64,000 nt of DNA, taken from an uncultured virus (IMG/VR IMGVR_UViG_3300025626_002437) (taxonomy: Duplodnaviria; Heunggongvirae; Uroviricota; Caudoviricetes). The DNA is taken from IMG/VR virus record IMGVR_UViG_3300025626_002437; one strand, written 5' to 3'. Below are positions 27,291 through 36,464 of the stretch, piece after piece. Under the pieces are notes generated by a model. The model searched no databases, was not told the origin of the DNA, and saw only the letters and a program-made list of their open reading frames with translations. Numbering within the stretch: the stretch's first letter is position 1; every line of letters starts with the position of its first letter. The position numbers and the translations under genes were made by a program.

Positions 27291-29204
27291 TTACTTTGCT
27301 TTCTTTATATTTTTCATATGTCTTAAGAAACGTGCTGTTTCACCTTCTTCTGCATCTGCTTCGCCAGTATCGCCTTTAGGAGGAGTTGCGACTGCTATTC
27401 TGTCATCTAAATCTTTTTGAGTAGATTTGCTATAAGGTACTCCTGGCTTTTTACCATCCTTACCTAACATTTCACCTAATCCTGCTAGGTCTCGCATTCT
27501 TTGAATATCTTCGTCTACTTCAGGTTCGCCATGGTCTTTCCAATCTGCACTATCTACAGTATCTTCAGCATGTCTTTGAATAATTTCATCTCTGTCATCA
27601 TCCATGTGTAAGTTTAAGTCTCTGGAAATCTCGCCCATTTCCTGATCAAGTTCTTCCATTGATAAACCACATGCTTCTGCGTATGCTTCTTCACCACCAC
27701 TTTGTAGGGCATTCATTAATTCTTCGTATGCTTCTTCTTCACGACTTTGTTCTGCACTTGCGTCAAAACTTTCGTCTTTCTTGTTTTTATCTTTGACTGC
27801 TTTTTTCATTGGCTCTTCTTTGTCGCCATCGCCGTCTATATCAATGTAGTCAGGCTTTGAACCTTTACTTTCTAATGGTGCACCTTCTGGTTCTTTATCT
27901 TGTTGCTCTACATATTCTTTGGCACCTTCAATACCTTTATCAACTACCAATGTGATGTAGTCTTGCACTACTTCGTTTGCATATTTGCTATCCCACTCAT
28001 CTGCATTATCTACTATTAATGCTTCTAACTCTTTTAAACATTCTTCTTGATCTTGGCATGTCATAATAATATCTTCTGAATCTGTCATTGCTATATCAAA
28101 TGCATTGCCACCTTCTGATACTGGCTTAACACCATAGTCATATCTGATATCATTTAAGTCTAAATCTTCTAATGCGTATTCCTCACCGTCTACTACGTCA
28201 CTTTCTTCTACTAATCCTTTTGAATTAGCAAATTCAATCATATTTGTTAAACCTTCTTCTTTTTGAATTGCATCTTGAAACTTTTCTCTAGGTGATTTTG
28301 CATCTGCTCCTCTATTAGAGCCCAGCATGTTTAACATTTTTCTAACTGCTTTTGCTTCGCCTACACTTACTTCAACTTCTGAACCGTCATCTGTTTTCAC
28401 AGTTGATTTAGGATTTTTTATGTCATCGCCATCTTTGGACATCTCGTCACTGTCTATGATTTTTCCTAATTGGTCAAACATAGGCATTTCCTTGTATCCT
28501 GGTGCATCTGCATAGTCGTCGTCCTCGACATCTATTTCGTTTAAACCTGCCATTTTACGCATATAGTTTAAATCTAATATTTCTTGTTCAGTTATCATAA
28601 GTTTCTCTCGTATAAGTTTAAATAAGTCTTCGTTGTATTTATCATATAAGTCCACAAAAACCTGTTTTGCTAGTTCTTCATCACCTTTCATTAGTTCTCT
28701 AATTTGACTAGCACTATCTAAATCGTGTCCTGCTATTTTAAATGGAAAGATAGGAGCAGTCATAATATAACCATGCTCAGCCATGCTTTTCATGTCATCT
28801 TCATGTGTAAATTTTTGTAAATATGCAGGATTGCCGTCTTTTTTAAGTGATACACCCATGTTAGGAAAGTTAAATCTTGGGTCATCTACCATATCTTTTT
28901 CGCTAACAACCATGATCAATCCTGTATCACTAGCAGTAAATTTCTTGCCAAATTGGTCTATATATTCTTGTCCATTGTATGTATTTTTTACTTCTAGTAC
29001 TTCATTACTGTCGATGCCTAGCAGTTGCATAAAATTTAATTTATCTTGAAAGTTAAATGGTGATTTACCTGGTTGCACTTTGTTTGTGGTAGCAATATAC
29101 ACATTTGCCCAGTCTTTTTTAAGATGTTCGAACACTGATTTGTGTCCTTTGTGAAAAGGTTGGAATCTACCTGGGTATACTACTATGATATTTGAACGGT
29201 CCAT
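27291..29204 (-). CDS. HxGH nucleotidyltransferase domain fused to acidic modular region (putative head-internal polyprotein)
   Basis: YPGRFQPFHKGH ... SASQIRE; then MRKMAGLNE, DYIDIDGDGDKEEPMKKA, RMRDLAGLGE. Confidence 0.7.
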   Translation of the reverse strand: MDRSNIIVVYPGRFQPFHKGHKSVFEHLKKDWANVYIATTNKVQPGKSPFNFQDKLNFMQLLGIDSNEVLEVKNTYNGQEYIDQFGKKFTASDTGLIMVVSEKDMVDDPRFNFPNMGVSLKKDGNPAYLQKFTHEDDMKSMAEHGYIMTAPIFPFKIAGHDLDSASQIRELMKGDEELAKQVFVDLYDKYNEDLFKLIREKLMITEQEILDLNYMRKMAGLNEIDVEDDDYADAPGYKEMPMFDQLGKIIDSDEMSKDGDDIKNPKSTVKTDDGSEVEVSVGEAKAVRKMLNMLGSNRGADAKSPREKFQDAIQKEEGLTNMIEFANSKGLVEESDVVDGEEYALEDLDLNDIRYDYGVKPVSEGGNAFDIAMTDSEDIIMTCQDQEECLKELEALIVDNADEWDSKYANEVVQDYITLVVDKGIEGAKEYVEQQDKEPEGAPLESKGSKPDYIDIDGDGDKEEPMKKAVKDKNKKDESFDASAEQSREEEAYEELMNALQSGGEEAYAEACGLSMEELDQEMGEISRDLNLHMDDDRDEIIQRHAEDTVDSADWKDHGEPEVDEDIQRMRDLAGLGEMLGKDGKKPGVPYSKSTQKDLDDRIAVATPPKGDTGEADAEEGETARFLRHMKNIKKAK

Positions 29205-29224
29205 AGTAGTATTTATCTTTTTTT

Positions 29225-29554
29225 CTAATCTATCTGTACTACCTTGATTGCTTCAGCAGTAGTATATGGTGATTTATGTGCTAATGGTTCTTGTTGATCC
29301 ACTATGTTAGCATCTCTATATTTTTCAGAACCTTTGATATTAATATCAATAAAAGGAATTTGTTCGTTTGGAAGTTCGTCATCGCTCCATATTGCTTCTA
29401 CAGGACATTCAGGTTCACATAATGCACAGTCAATACATTCATCCGGATCAATGTAAAGCATGTCAGGGCCTTCGTAAAAACAATCTACTGGGCACACAGT
29501 GACACAGGCGGTATCTTTACAGCCTACACACGGACTTCCTACTACAAATGTCAT
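29225..29554 (-). CDS. fdxA: 7Fe ferredoxin (FdxA type)
   Basis: [21 protein letters not shown]...[21 protein letters not shown]. Confidence 0.9.
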   Translation of the reverse strand: MTFVVGSPCVGCKDTACVTVCPVDCFYEGPDMLYIDPDECIDCALCEPECPVEAIWSDDELPNEQIPFIDINIKGSEKYRDANIVDQQEPLAHKSPYTTAEAIKVVQID

Positions 29555-30228
29555 ATCAGTATTTCTTTAGGTTGGTGTAAATGCAATGACTCGGGTGTTA
29601 CTTGGCCAGTAATAGTTAAACTCCATCTAGGCCAATATCCTACATTTCCTGTAGCATGATATATGCCTTCTTTCCAACAATGTATGTCACCTATGCTGTA
29701 TTGGTGCAGTACATCATTGCCAACACTAACATAATGTCCCCATTGCCAATCATTTAGTTGTACTAAGTAACGTATTACTTCTGTATCATCACTAACTTTA
29801 GCAAAGTTACGTCTATAATTATTATAACTATCTCTATGCCAAGGAATTGCTTTTCCTGGTGGTTGTTCTAAAAACATTATTTGTGGGTTTTTTAATCCAC
29901 TTAACTCTCCCATTCTACGAAATGTATCGCATACATTCCATGTTTGTCTGCCGCCTGTATTATGTGGAGTAAACCCTGCTCGAGTTAAATCGTTATGATA
30001 TCCTTCCATTATTTCTGCGGCTTCTTTGTTGTAAGGAGTACCTTTGATACTTACTTCATCGTATGCATCGTCGTCGGATAAGGCATCACTAGACGCACTT
30101 ACAACGTCTGTAAGCAACGTTGTTGGATTAGATATATATTTTCCTACATATTGCACATCGGAATGTTTAGACGCAGGATCGTAATGCCAATCAAAGTTTT
30201 CTTTATTCCATTGCCAATAACTATCCAT
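29551..30228 (-). CDS. cupin / 2OG-Fe(II)-like protein
   Basis: [12 protein letters not shown] (HxD), [14 protein letters not shown]. Confidence 0.6.
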   Translation of the reverse strand: MDSYWQWNKENFDWHYDPASKHSDVQYVGKYISNPTTLLTDVVSASSDALSDDDAYDEVSIKGTPYNKEAAEIMEGYHNDLTRAGFTPHNTGGRQTWNVCDTFRRMGELSGLKNPQIMFLEQPPGKAIPWHRDSYNNYRRNFAKVSDDTEVIRYLVQLNDWQWGHYVSVGNDVLHQYSIGDIHCWKEGIYHATGNVGYWPRWSLTITGQVTPESLHLHQPKEILI

Positions 30229-30229
30229 A

Positions 30230-30808
30230 CTATTCCTGTGTACTAAAAAAGAATGTTTGAAACAATCTACCTGAATATTTATCTGTTCCAAATCCAGGTA
30301 ATACACTTCTATGGTATAGGCTTCCTTTGTAACATACTAGCCTATTATACACATTACCAACAAATGCAATCTGTTCCCATTGGTCCATATGTTCCTCACC
30401 TAGAAAATCAGAATTATTAAAATCAGATGCAGAATCTTTAACACCGTCCCATTCGTATATGCCTGTTGGTTTGTGTCTATAAATACCAGTACCTGATTCT
30501 GCAGGTGCGTCTGGTGTTAAGTATAATACTGCCGCCCATGTAGTTTCGTCGTGGTGAATCCATGTTTTAGATTCTTGTGTGGTAATTTGATATGCAGTAT
30601 TATATTCTTCCGGCCAATACGAAATTGGTTTTTTAATTATACTTTCTTCAAAAAATGTTTTTAAATAGTTATGTTGTTGTGTTTCTTCTGGGCCAGTCCT
30701 GTATCCAGGGTAATTGCCTTCTGTAATAAATTCTCTACTAAGTGCAAATTCTCGAACTTGGTCAGGGTTAGTATAAAAGTTATCCATTATAAAAAAGTTT
30801 AAATCCAT
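30230..30808 (-). CDS. 2OG-Fe(II) oxygenase-like protein (DUF6445-like)
   Basis: DNFYTNPDQVREFAL, NYPGYRT, WIHHD, AAVLYLTP, YNRLV...HRS, RLFQTFF. Confidence 0.75.
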   Translation of the reverse strand: MDLNFFIMDNFYTNPDQVREFALSREFITEGNYPGYRTGPEETQQHNYLKTFFEESIIKKPISYWPEEYNTAYQITTQESKTWIHHDETTWAAVLYLTPDAPAESGTGIYRHKPTGIYEWDGVKDSASDFNNSDFLGEEHMDQWEQIAFVGNVYNRLVCYKGSLYHRSVLPGFGTDKYSGRLFQTFFFSTQE

Positions 30809-31644
30809 GTTGTATTCCTTACTAGTTCCTCGGCCATTTCGCCCCACATTCTTCCTGCTCTTGGTCCGCCATTGCATTTACCGTCGCTTTCACCGGGTAT
30901 TTTAATCCACAGATAAGCATCGCATTTTTCTAATCCTGTATCGCATGTAGGCGACTCTCCTAATGCTCTACCTGGTGGATTACACCAATCGTTACCATGT
31001 GGACCATTGCCGTTACGGCTAGTATCTATAACATAATAATCATGCGGTCTTAGTTCGCATATTTTGTTTGCCCACTTTGCCGACTCTAATGTTGTTCTAT
31101 AGTTACTTACATTAACACTAAAGCCTCTTACTTTAGTATTGGAAACTTTATTTAAATAAAGATTTACTTCTTCGGGACTTAACCAGTTACTGTGCCCAAC
31201 ATCTATATAAACAAATGCACCTGTTTGTGTTAATATTTCTAATGCTTCTTTAATCAATTGTATTCTACTATCTGCTTCGCTTTTATCTAAGTGTGTTAAA
31301 TGTGGAATAGCATCTGGTTCAAATACAACAATTGGTTTGTTGTTGCCTATGCCATTAGAAAAGTCTTGTATAAATTCTAGATACTCAGCATGGGTTTGGG
31401 CACCACCTTTACTGTATTGCCCAATGTCTCTGTTAGGCATGTTGTACACTACAAGTATAGGCATTTTATCACCACTACGTTTAAATAATCTGCGTAAACT
31501 TTTATCTAAACCTTTAATAGGTTTTGCACTACGATTACCATACCATAAACTTAATGGGTGTTTAAATATTTCTTTTGAAAGTGGGTATTGTTCTTGATAG
31601 TCTCTTACACGATTCCAATCAAAGACCCAAAAAGGATAATTCAT
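30799..31644 (-). CDS. glycoside hydrolase family 6 (endoglucanase-like)
   Basis: VVYNMPNRD, VFEPDA, VYIDVGHSNW, RGFSVNVSNY, VIDTSRNG, WCNPPGRALG, DAYLWIKIPGESDG. Confidence 0.92.
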   Translation of the reverse strand: MNYPFWVFDWNRVRDYQEQYPLSKEIFKHPLSLWYGNRSAKPIKGLDKSLRRLFKRSGDKMPILVVYNMPNRDIGQYSKGGAQTHAEYLEFIQDFSNGIGNNKPIVVFEPDAIPHLTHLDKSEADSRIQLIKEALEILTQTGAFVYIDVGHSNWLSPEEVNLYLNKVSNTKVRGFSVNVSNYRTTLESAKWANKICELRPHDYYVIDTSRNGNGPHGNDWCNPPGRALGESPTCDTGLEKCDAYLWIKIPGESDGKCNGGPRAGRMWGEMAEELVRNTTWI

Positions 31645-32222
31645 TTCTGCCTAGTCCTATAAGGTTTATAGTACCATACACTATCTAATAATGTCCATAC
31701 TGCTAAATTATTATCTGTGGCAAATTTTGTAATTGCGTTTGTGCATGGTGCACATCCGTAATCATGACCTGCTAATATACCGTTTGGTTTTAATAGACTA
31801 GAAAATTTTATCAATTCCCCCATTACATTACCATATGTGTGGTCACCGTCTAAAAATATCAAATCAAATTTTAAGTCTTTATCAAATTCAACATCTAGCG
31901 ACTTTTCATGATACATAAAAACATTTTTTAAATGCTTTGTATTTTGCCTCCATGTATTTTTATCAGACTCTATGTTTTCATATATTGTCTTCCTATCATA
32001 TCCTATTAAATAATCATTATGTTCTTCATTTGTCCATTTGTCTACGCAATATAAATTAGAATCTTGTCTTGCTTCTTTTAATGTACAAGTAGTACTGCCT
32101 AAAAAACAGCCAATTTCTAATATATTGCTATTGCTTGGTAATGTATATGCTAAGTCGTAAATAGATTCTAAGTCTGATTTAGACATAAAACTAGGAATGT
32201 CATATATGTATTTCGGAATCAT
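31641..32222 (-). CDS. class I SAM methyltransferase (Methyltransf_24-like)
   Basis: LEIGCFLGSTT, FDLIFLDGDHTY, LKPNGILAGHDY. Confidence 0.85.
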   Translation of the reverse strand: MIPKYIYDIPSFMSKSDLESIYDLAYTLPSNSNILEIGCFLGSTTCTLKEARQDSNLYCVDKWTNEEHNDYLIGYDRKTIYENIESDKNTWRQNTKHLKNVFMYHEKSLDVEFDKDLKFDLIFLDGDHTYGNVMGELIKFSSLLKPNGILAGHDYGCAPCTNAITKFATDNNLAVWTLLDSVWYYKPYRTRQK

Positions 32223-32776
32223 ACACGACTAACTGATCTTTTCATCTTGGAATATTTTTTAATGAGTTTATCTCTTTTGTTTATTGCACGTTGTAATTTG
32301 AGATCACTCACATACGTTAGATTAAGTATACCATGTAAATGATCGGTTTCATGCTGAAAGCAACGTGAATCCATTCCAATTAGTTCCATGCTTTGCTCTT
32401 CGCCTTTTCTGTTTTGAAAAGTAACTTGTACGCCTTCGGGTCTAGTTATATGAAAAAACAATCCTGGAAATGTTAAGCATCCTTCTTCTAATGTAACTTT
32501 TTCTTCAGACACATTTATAATTTTAGGATTGTAAACAGCAATGTCACCTTCTGTGCTGTGTCTCATTACAAACATTTTTACAGGATTACCAAGTTGCGGT
32601 GCGGCAAGGCCTAGGCCTAGTCTTTCATGCATGAGTTTAAACATTTCTTGCTCAACTGTTTGCCACACTATGTCAGTAGTCAACGGGTCTATTGTGCATT
32701 CATTTCTTAATACTGGGTGTTTAGGATCTACTAGAGTAGTATTCCATTGTGATGCGTATTCCATTATCTGTTCCAA
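32219..32776 (-). CDS. def: peptide deformylase
   Basis: GLGLAAPQLG, EEGCLT, FQHETDHLHG. Confidence 0.93.
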   Translation of the reverse strand: MEQIMEYASQWNTTLVDPKHPVLRNECTIDPLTTDIVWQTVEQEMFKLMHERLGLGLAAPQLGNPVKMFVMRHSTEGDIAVYNPKIINVSEEKVTLEEGCLTFPGLFFHITRPEGVQVTFQNRKGEEQSMELIGMDSRCFQHETDHLHGILNLTYVSDLKLQRAINKRDKLIKKYSKMKRSVSRV

Positions 32777-33186
32777 GTTAGTGTGTTATTAGACAATGTG
32801 ATACTAGGAACATTTTCGTAATCGTCTCCGTAATCACTCCAATACCAAGGGTCTAAATGATATATGTATGCTGGGCCTTCTGTGGTACCAACTAAATCTC
32901 TGTGATAGAAATTGTTTAGTTTATCGCCCTCGTGTCCTTCAATGCTATCGCATAGTTCTAAGAAGTCTTTGCCACCTTCCCAAACTTCGCCAACTATATC
33001 ATGCTCGCCGTTTACAATTACTCCTGGGAATGCACCTAAGTCAACCATGTTGAATTTACTTCCAGTAGTTTTAGCAATACCTAACTTTGTTTTATCAATG
33101 TCTGCAAATTGAGGACTATCTAATCCTCGTGTAGAATTGCCTGATTTCAGTGTGCCGTATACAAATATTTTTATTGTTTCTTCCAT
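32764..33186 (-). CDS. gamma-glutamylcyclotransferase (AIG2-like)
   Basis: IFVYGTLKSG, GAFPG, IVGEVW, DSIEG. Confidence 0.85.
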   Translation of the reverse strand: MEETIKIFVYGTLKSGNSTRGLDSPQFADIDKTKLGIAKTTGSKFNMVDLGAFPGVIVNGEHDIVGEVWEGGKDFLELCDSIEGHEGDKLNNFYHRDLVGTTEGPAYIYHLDPWYWSDYGDDYENVPSITLSNNTLTWNR

Positions 33187-33195
33187 AGTGCCCTT

Positions 33196-33224
33196 ATTAT
33201 ACTACTATTTATAGTATATGTCAA
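33196..33224 (-). promoter_or_regulatory. nested sigma70 and late promoter
   Basis: TTGACA-17 nt-TATAAT whose spacer contains TATAAATA. Confidence 0.8.
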
Positions 33225-33228
33225 CTAT

Positions 33229-33432
33229 TTATTTGCTATGTGGTGGTAGTTTTGCTTCTACAAAATACTCGTGTTTTTGCTTAACAGGATTAAATTTTTT
33301 AAGTTTTAATTTTCTATTTTCAATTACCAGTGCTTTTGTTTTCACTGCGGTATAATGATATGTGTGGTGATCCCTTGTTTCGCCTTCCGGTATTAGGTAT
33401 ACTATTGTTCGTCTTTTATCTTTCTTTGCCAT
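33229..33432 (-). CDS. rpmG: phage-encoded ribosomal protein bL33
   Basis: MAKK..R..V.L......Y.YT..K......KLKLKKFNPVKQKHEYFVEAK aligns by eye to the Cys-free bL33 pattern. Confidence 0.8.
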   Translation of the reverse strand: MAKKDKRRTIVYLIPEGETRDHHTYHYTAVKTKALVIENRKLKLKKFNPVKQKHEYFVEAKLPPHSK

Positions 33433-33440
33433 GCTACTAT

Positions 33441-34259
33441 TTATAAACCAGAGCCTAATCCTACTGCACTTTCCCTAACTTTTTTCCAATCTTCAAAAGG
33501 ATCTAAATCCCCTGCTTTTACTTTATCGAAGTAATCGCTAGTTTCTGTTTGCCCTATACGGTTACAATACCATGCAATCTTGTGTATAATTGCATCTCTC
33601 ATTCTGATATTATTTTCGCTCATTAAATCATTTGGATCTTGCGGATTTCCTTCAGCATATTCTCTGCTTCTAAATATTTCATCGTCATTATTACCAGTAA
33701 GATCAAATCTATCATGTAATACATCTACAGGAATATCTTTAATAATACCTAATGGTTTAGCAATTAAATTAAGCCAAGCATCGTTTTGTGAATTCATACT
33801 AAAGGTACCAATAAGTCTGCACCAGTCTGTGGGTATTACAGGAAACAATGCGTATGGGTGGTCATGATTTGTTTGATTAAATTTAAGTAATGCAAATTCT
33901 TCATCAAATTTGCCTATTTCTAAATCCCAATCTTTGCTTTCCATAATAGCATCATCGTTCCACAGCATTAGCCATTCGCCATTTGCTTTACCCCAAAGTT
34001 GATTCATATATTGATGTAAATTTTTATAACCTAGTCTATCAAATACTACTGCTTGTACATCAACGTTATATTCATCTTGCATTTTATTTTGAAAGTCATC
34101 TGACTGTACAAAATCTAATGTTTCGTGATCATCATTGTCAATACCTAACATAATTTCAACATTATCTGTATTGCTTACATTTTTTAATAAACTGTCAATG
34201 CTTTTATCAAGCATTTCTGTTCTTTGTCTTGTTGCTAATAGTACACTTATTTTTTTCAT
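33441..34259 (-). CDS. family 2-like glycosyltransferase
   Basis: ISVLLATRQR, VEIMLGIDNDD, GEWLMLWNDDA. Confidence 0.8.
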   Translation of the reverse strand: MKKISVLLATRQRTEMLDKSIDSLLKNVSNTDNVEIMLGIDNDDHETLDFVQSDDFQNKMQDEYNVDVQAVVFDRLGYKNLHQYMNQLWGKANGEWLMLWNDDAIMESKDWDLEIGKFDEEFALLKFNQTNHDHPYALFPVIPTDWCRLIGTFSMNSQNDAWLNLIAKPLGIIKDIPVDVLHDRFDLTGNNDDEIFRSREYAEGNPQDPNDLMSENNIRMRDAIIHKIAWYCNRIGQTETSDYFDKVKAGDLDPFEDWKKVRESAVGLGSGL

Positions 34260-35335
34260 TTCTTTTTACTTATTTGTATGGATTTTTGTGGTTGTGGTTG
34301 TTCTGTAACTTTATCTGATGCACCAATAACAAATGGTCTATCGTCAGGTGATACATATTGTTGTTGCACTCTTGCTTCACCTGTAAGCATTTTTCTAACA
34401 TTACCATTAAATGTATAGTGACCAACATGATTAAGGCTTACTCTAGGATCTAGCCAAATATCTCCGTCGATTTGTTGCCAACGTCTGCAGAATGTATAAT
34501 CTTCTGACAAGTAACGTCTGCTTTCTGGATCAATAATACAATCAAACAATGCATACATAAATGGCTCAAACTTTTGATCAATGTTTAAATCATTGTTATA
34601 CTTTGTTTCAGGATACTTGTCAAACATAGTTTGTATAACTTCTTTCTTAATTGTCATAAATCCTGTACCGCCATCTAAGAGTTTAATTAAGTTATCTTTA
34701 ATTTGTACTGAAGGTATTTTATTGCCGTTTTCATCCTCTGCAAATGCAAAATTTGTAACATAATTAGAACTATGTCCTTCAATAGTCTGTGGGGTCTCAT
34801 TTAATCCAGGTGTTCTAGCCGCTTGTAAGATACTATCCCAGTTTAATGCTTTCTTAGGATATGCACCAACAATAATTGGTTTATCGTATGCTAACATTCT
34901 AAGTGCATCTTCAGGATTAAATTCAATATCAGCATCAATAAACATTAGATGTGTTGCATCTTTATTTTCCATAAAGAAACTAACAAGGGTATTTCTACCT
35001 CTTGTAATTAAACTTTCATTTGCTAGTGTGCTCATTGTAAATTTAACATTGAATCTATTCATAAGCAAAATAAGTCTAACCATACTTCTAAGATACGGTT
35101 CTGTTACTTGACCACCGTAACACGGTGTTGCAATAAACAGATGTTTATTTTCAAAACTTTGTACAGGAATTTCAATCTTTCTTTCTAATAGATTAAAAAG
35201 TGTTTCTTGCTCTGCTATTTGTTGAGGTGTAAGATCCTCAGATATACCTGATTTAACGTCTTGAGAACCTTTAATTGTATTCTGTGATTTTTCTGGATCG
35301 TATTTTTTATTTCTGGACTTTTTATTCCGTGCCAT
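34256..35335 (-). CDS. GT-A fold glycosyltransferase-like protein
   Basis: FIATPCYGG, ESLITRGRN, THLMFIDADI, GTGFMTIK, YLSEDYTFCRRW, LNHVG. Confidence 0.75.
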   Translation of the reverse strand: MARNKKSRNKKYDPEKSQNTIKGSQDVKSGISEDLTPQQIAEQETLFNLLERKIEIPVQSFENKHLFIATPCYGGQVTEPYLRSMVRLILLMNRFNVKFTMSTLANESLITRGRNTLVSFFMENKDATHLMFIDADIEFNPEDALRMLAYDKPIIVGAYPKKALNWDSILQAARTPGLNETPQTIEGHSSNYVTNFAFAEDENGNKIPSVQIKDNLIKLLDGGTGFMTIKKEVIQTMFDKYPETKYNNDLNIDQKFEPFMYALFDCIIDPESRRYLSEDYTFCRRWQQIDGDIWLDPRVSLNHVGHYTFNGNVRKMLTGEARVQQQYVSPDDRPFVIGASDKVTEQPQPQKSIQISKKK

Positions 35336-35376
35336 TTGTGTTCCTGTTATTTGTGAGTCGCATTTATTTATATAAA

Positions 35377-35452
35377 TGGAGCCACCGGTCAGACTCGAAC
35401 TGACGACCTACTGATTACAAATCAGTTACTCTACCAACTGAGTTACGGTGGC
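35377..35452 (-). tRNA. tRNA-Thr(UGU)
   Basis: 76 nt GCCACCG...CGGTGGC-T-CCA acceptor, D loop AGTTGGTAGA, anticodon stem ACTGA/TCAGT with loop TTTGTAA, T loop TTCGAGT, encoded CCA. Confidence 0.95.
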
Positions 35453-35486
35453 GTTACTAGATATTATTTACTTGATAGGAGAGTGA

Positions 35487-35648
35487 TTATTCGGGTCTTT
35501 TGGATACAAACTTATTAAGTTTTTCTGCTTCTTCAATAACTTCTTCTGCCGTTGGCATGTACTCAGGCTTGTTTGCTTTTGCTTGAAGAATAAGCCTAGC
35601 CTCTTGGATAAGTTCTAGACGGATTTCATATGGTGTTTTATTTGACAT
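35487..35648 (-). CDS. small conserved phage protein (53 aa, not in ORF track)
   Basis: MSNKTPYEIRLELIQEAR...PTAEEVIEEAEKLNKFVS, a pattern recalled from T4-like phage small ORFs. Confidence 0.7.
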   Translation of the reverse strand: MSNKTPYEIRLELIQEARLILQAKANKPEYMPTAEEVIEEAEKLNKFVSKRPE

Positions 35649-35716
35649 ATTTTTTACTTTAATAAATTGTTACATGTATTTACCTTATTTGCCAGATAAA
35701 TTGGTTTATTAAATCC

Positions 35717-35878
35717 TTAATTTGTTACAAAAGAAGCAAACAAAAGCAACAATGTAATTGTGCCTAAAAATATTCCTGCTACTAAAAATGCAAATAGAAG
35801 AACTCGCAAGGGTGTGATTTTTATTTGGCTGTTGTCTTTGCCTACACCAACAACGGCCTGTATTGCTTCTTTGATCAA
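35717..35878 (-). CDS. small membrane protein, DUF2970-like (53 aa, TTG start)
   Basis: IKEAIQAVVGVG... then one TM helix; TTGA overlap with the upstream stop. Confidence 0.5.
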   Translation of the reverse strand: MIKEAIQAVVGVGKDNSQIKITPLRVLLFAFLVAGIFLGTITLLLLFASFVTN

Positions 35879-36057
35879 AAGAAGAATGTATTTAAATACA
35901 TTACTGCTAACATTAAGCCAAATACTACTACTTGGATTACTGCTGGTATAACCACAAACATTTGTAGTACATCAAAGTCACCTTTCATAAAGAAGTCTGT
36001 TTCAAACCACTCTGCTTGTTCTTCAGGTGTTGCGTCTCTTACTTGATCGGGTGCCAT
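35875..36057 (-). CDS. small single-pass membrane protein
   Basis: 60 aa with C-terminal TM helix. Confidence 0.6.
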   Translation of the reverse strand: MAPDQVRDATPEEQAEWFETDFFMKGDFDVLQMFVVIPAVIQVVVFGLMLAVMYLNTFFF

Positions 36058-36096
36058 GGTGCTATCCAGTATTTGTAAATTGTTTTTAAAAGTCGA

Positions 36097-36225
36097 TTAA
36101 TGTTCATTTTTAGGTTCCAAATAATAAGGTGTATGATTTACATCTCGTAAGCCACGTAAAATGCCTGCTATGTTATCAGTCTGTGCGGCAAATAGTAGCA
36201 TCATGTAACATAAAGCATATTTCAT
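36097..36225 (-). CDS. micro-protein (42 aa)
   Basis: MKYALCYMMLLFAAQTDNIAG...; ATGA-coupled to the upstream ORF. Confidence 0.45.
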   Translation of the reverse strand: MKYALCYMMLLFAAQTDNIAGILRGLRDVNHTPYYLEPKNEH

Positions 36226-36308
36226 GTTACAGGTGTTAGTGCGATAACACTGAATAAAAATATTGATATTAGTGTAAATAACTCTGCTTTGTCTCTAAGT
36301 TTTTCCAT
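36222..36308 (-). CDS. micro membrane protein (28 aa; 36 aa from TTG at 36332)
   Basis: MEKLRDKAELFTLISIFLFSVIALTPVT, single TM. Confidence 0.45.
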   Translation of the reverse strand: MEKLRDKAELFTLISIFLFSVIALTPVT

Positions 36309-36464
36309 TTGTTGTCTGTTGTATATGCCCAAAAATAGAATAACACAACACACAACCTAGCATGTTATTAATTTTTATCTTGAATGTGGGCAAAAATAAT
36401 ATAAAAGTAAGTTATATCCTTTTATACAGTCTATTTATATTATGTTATTGATTTTATAGGGGTT

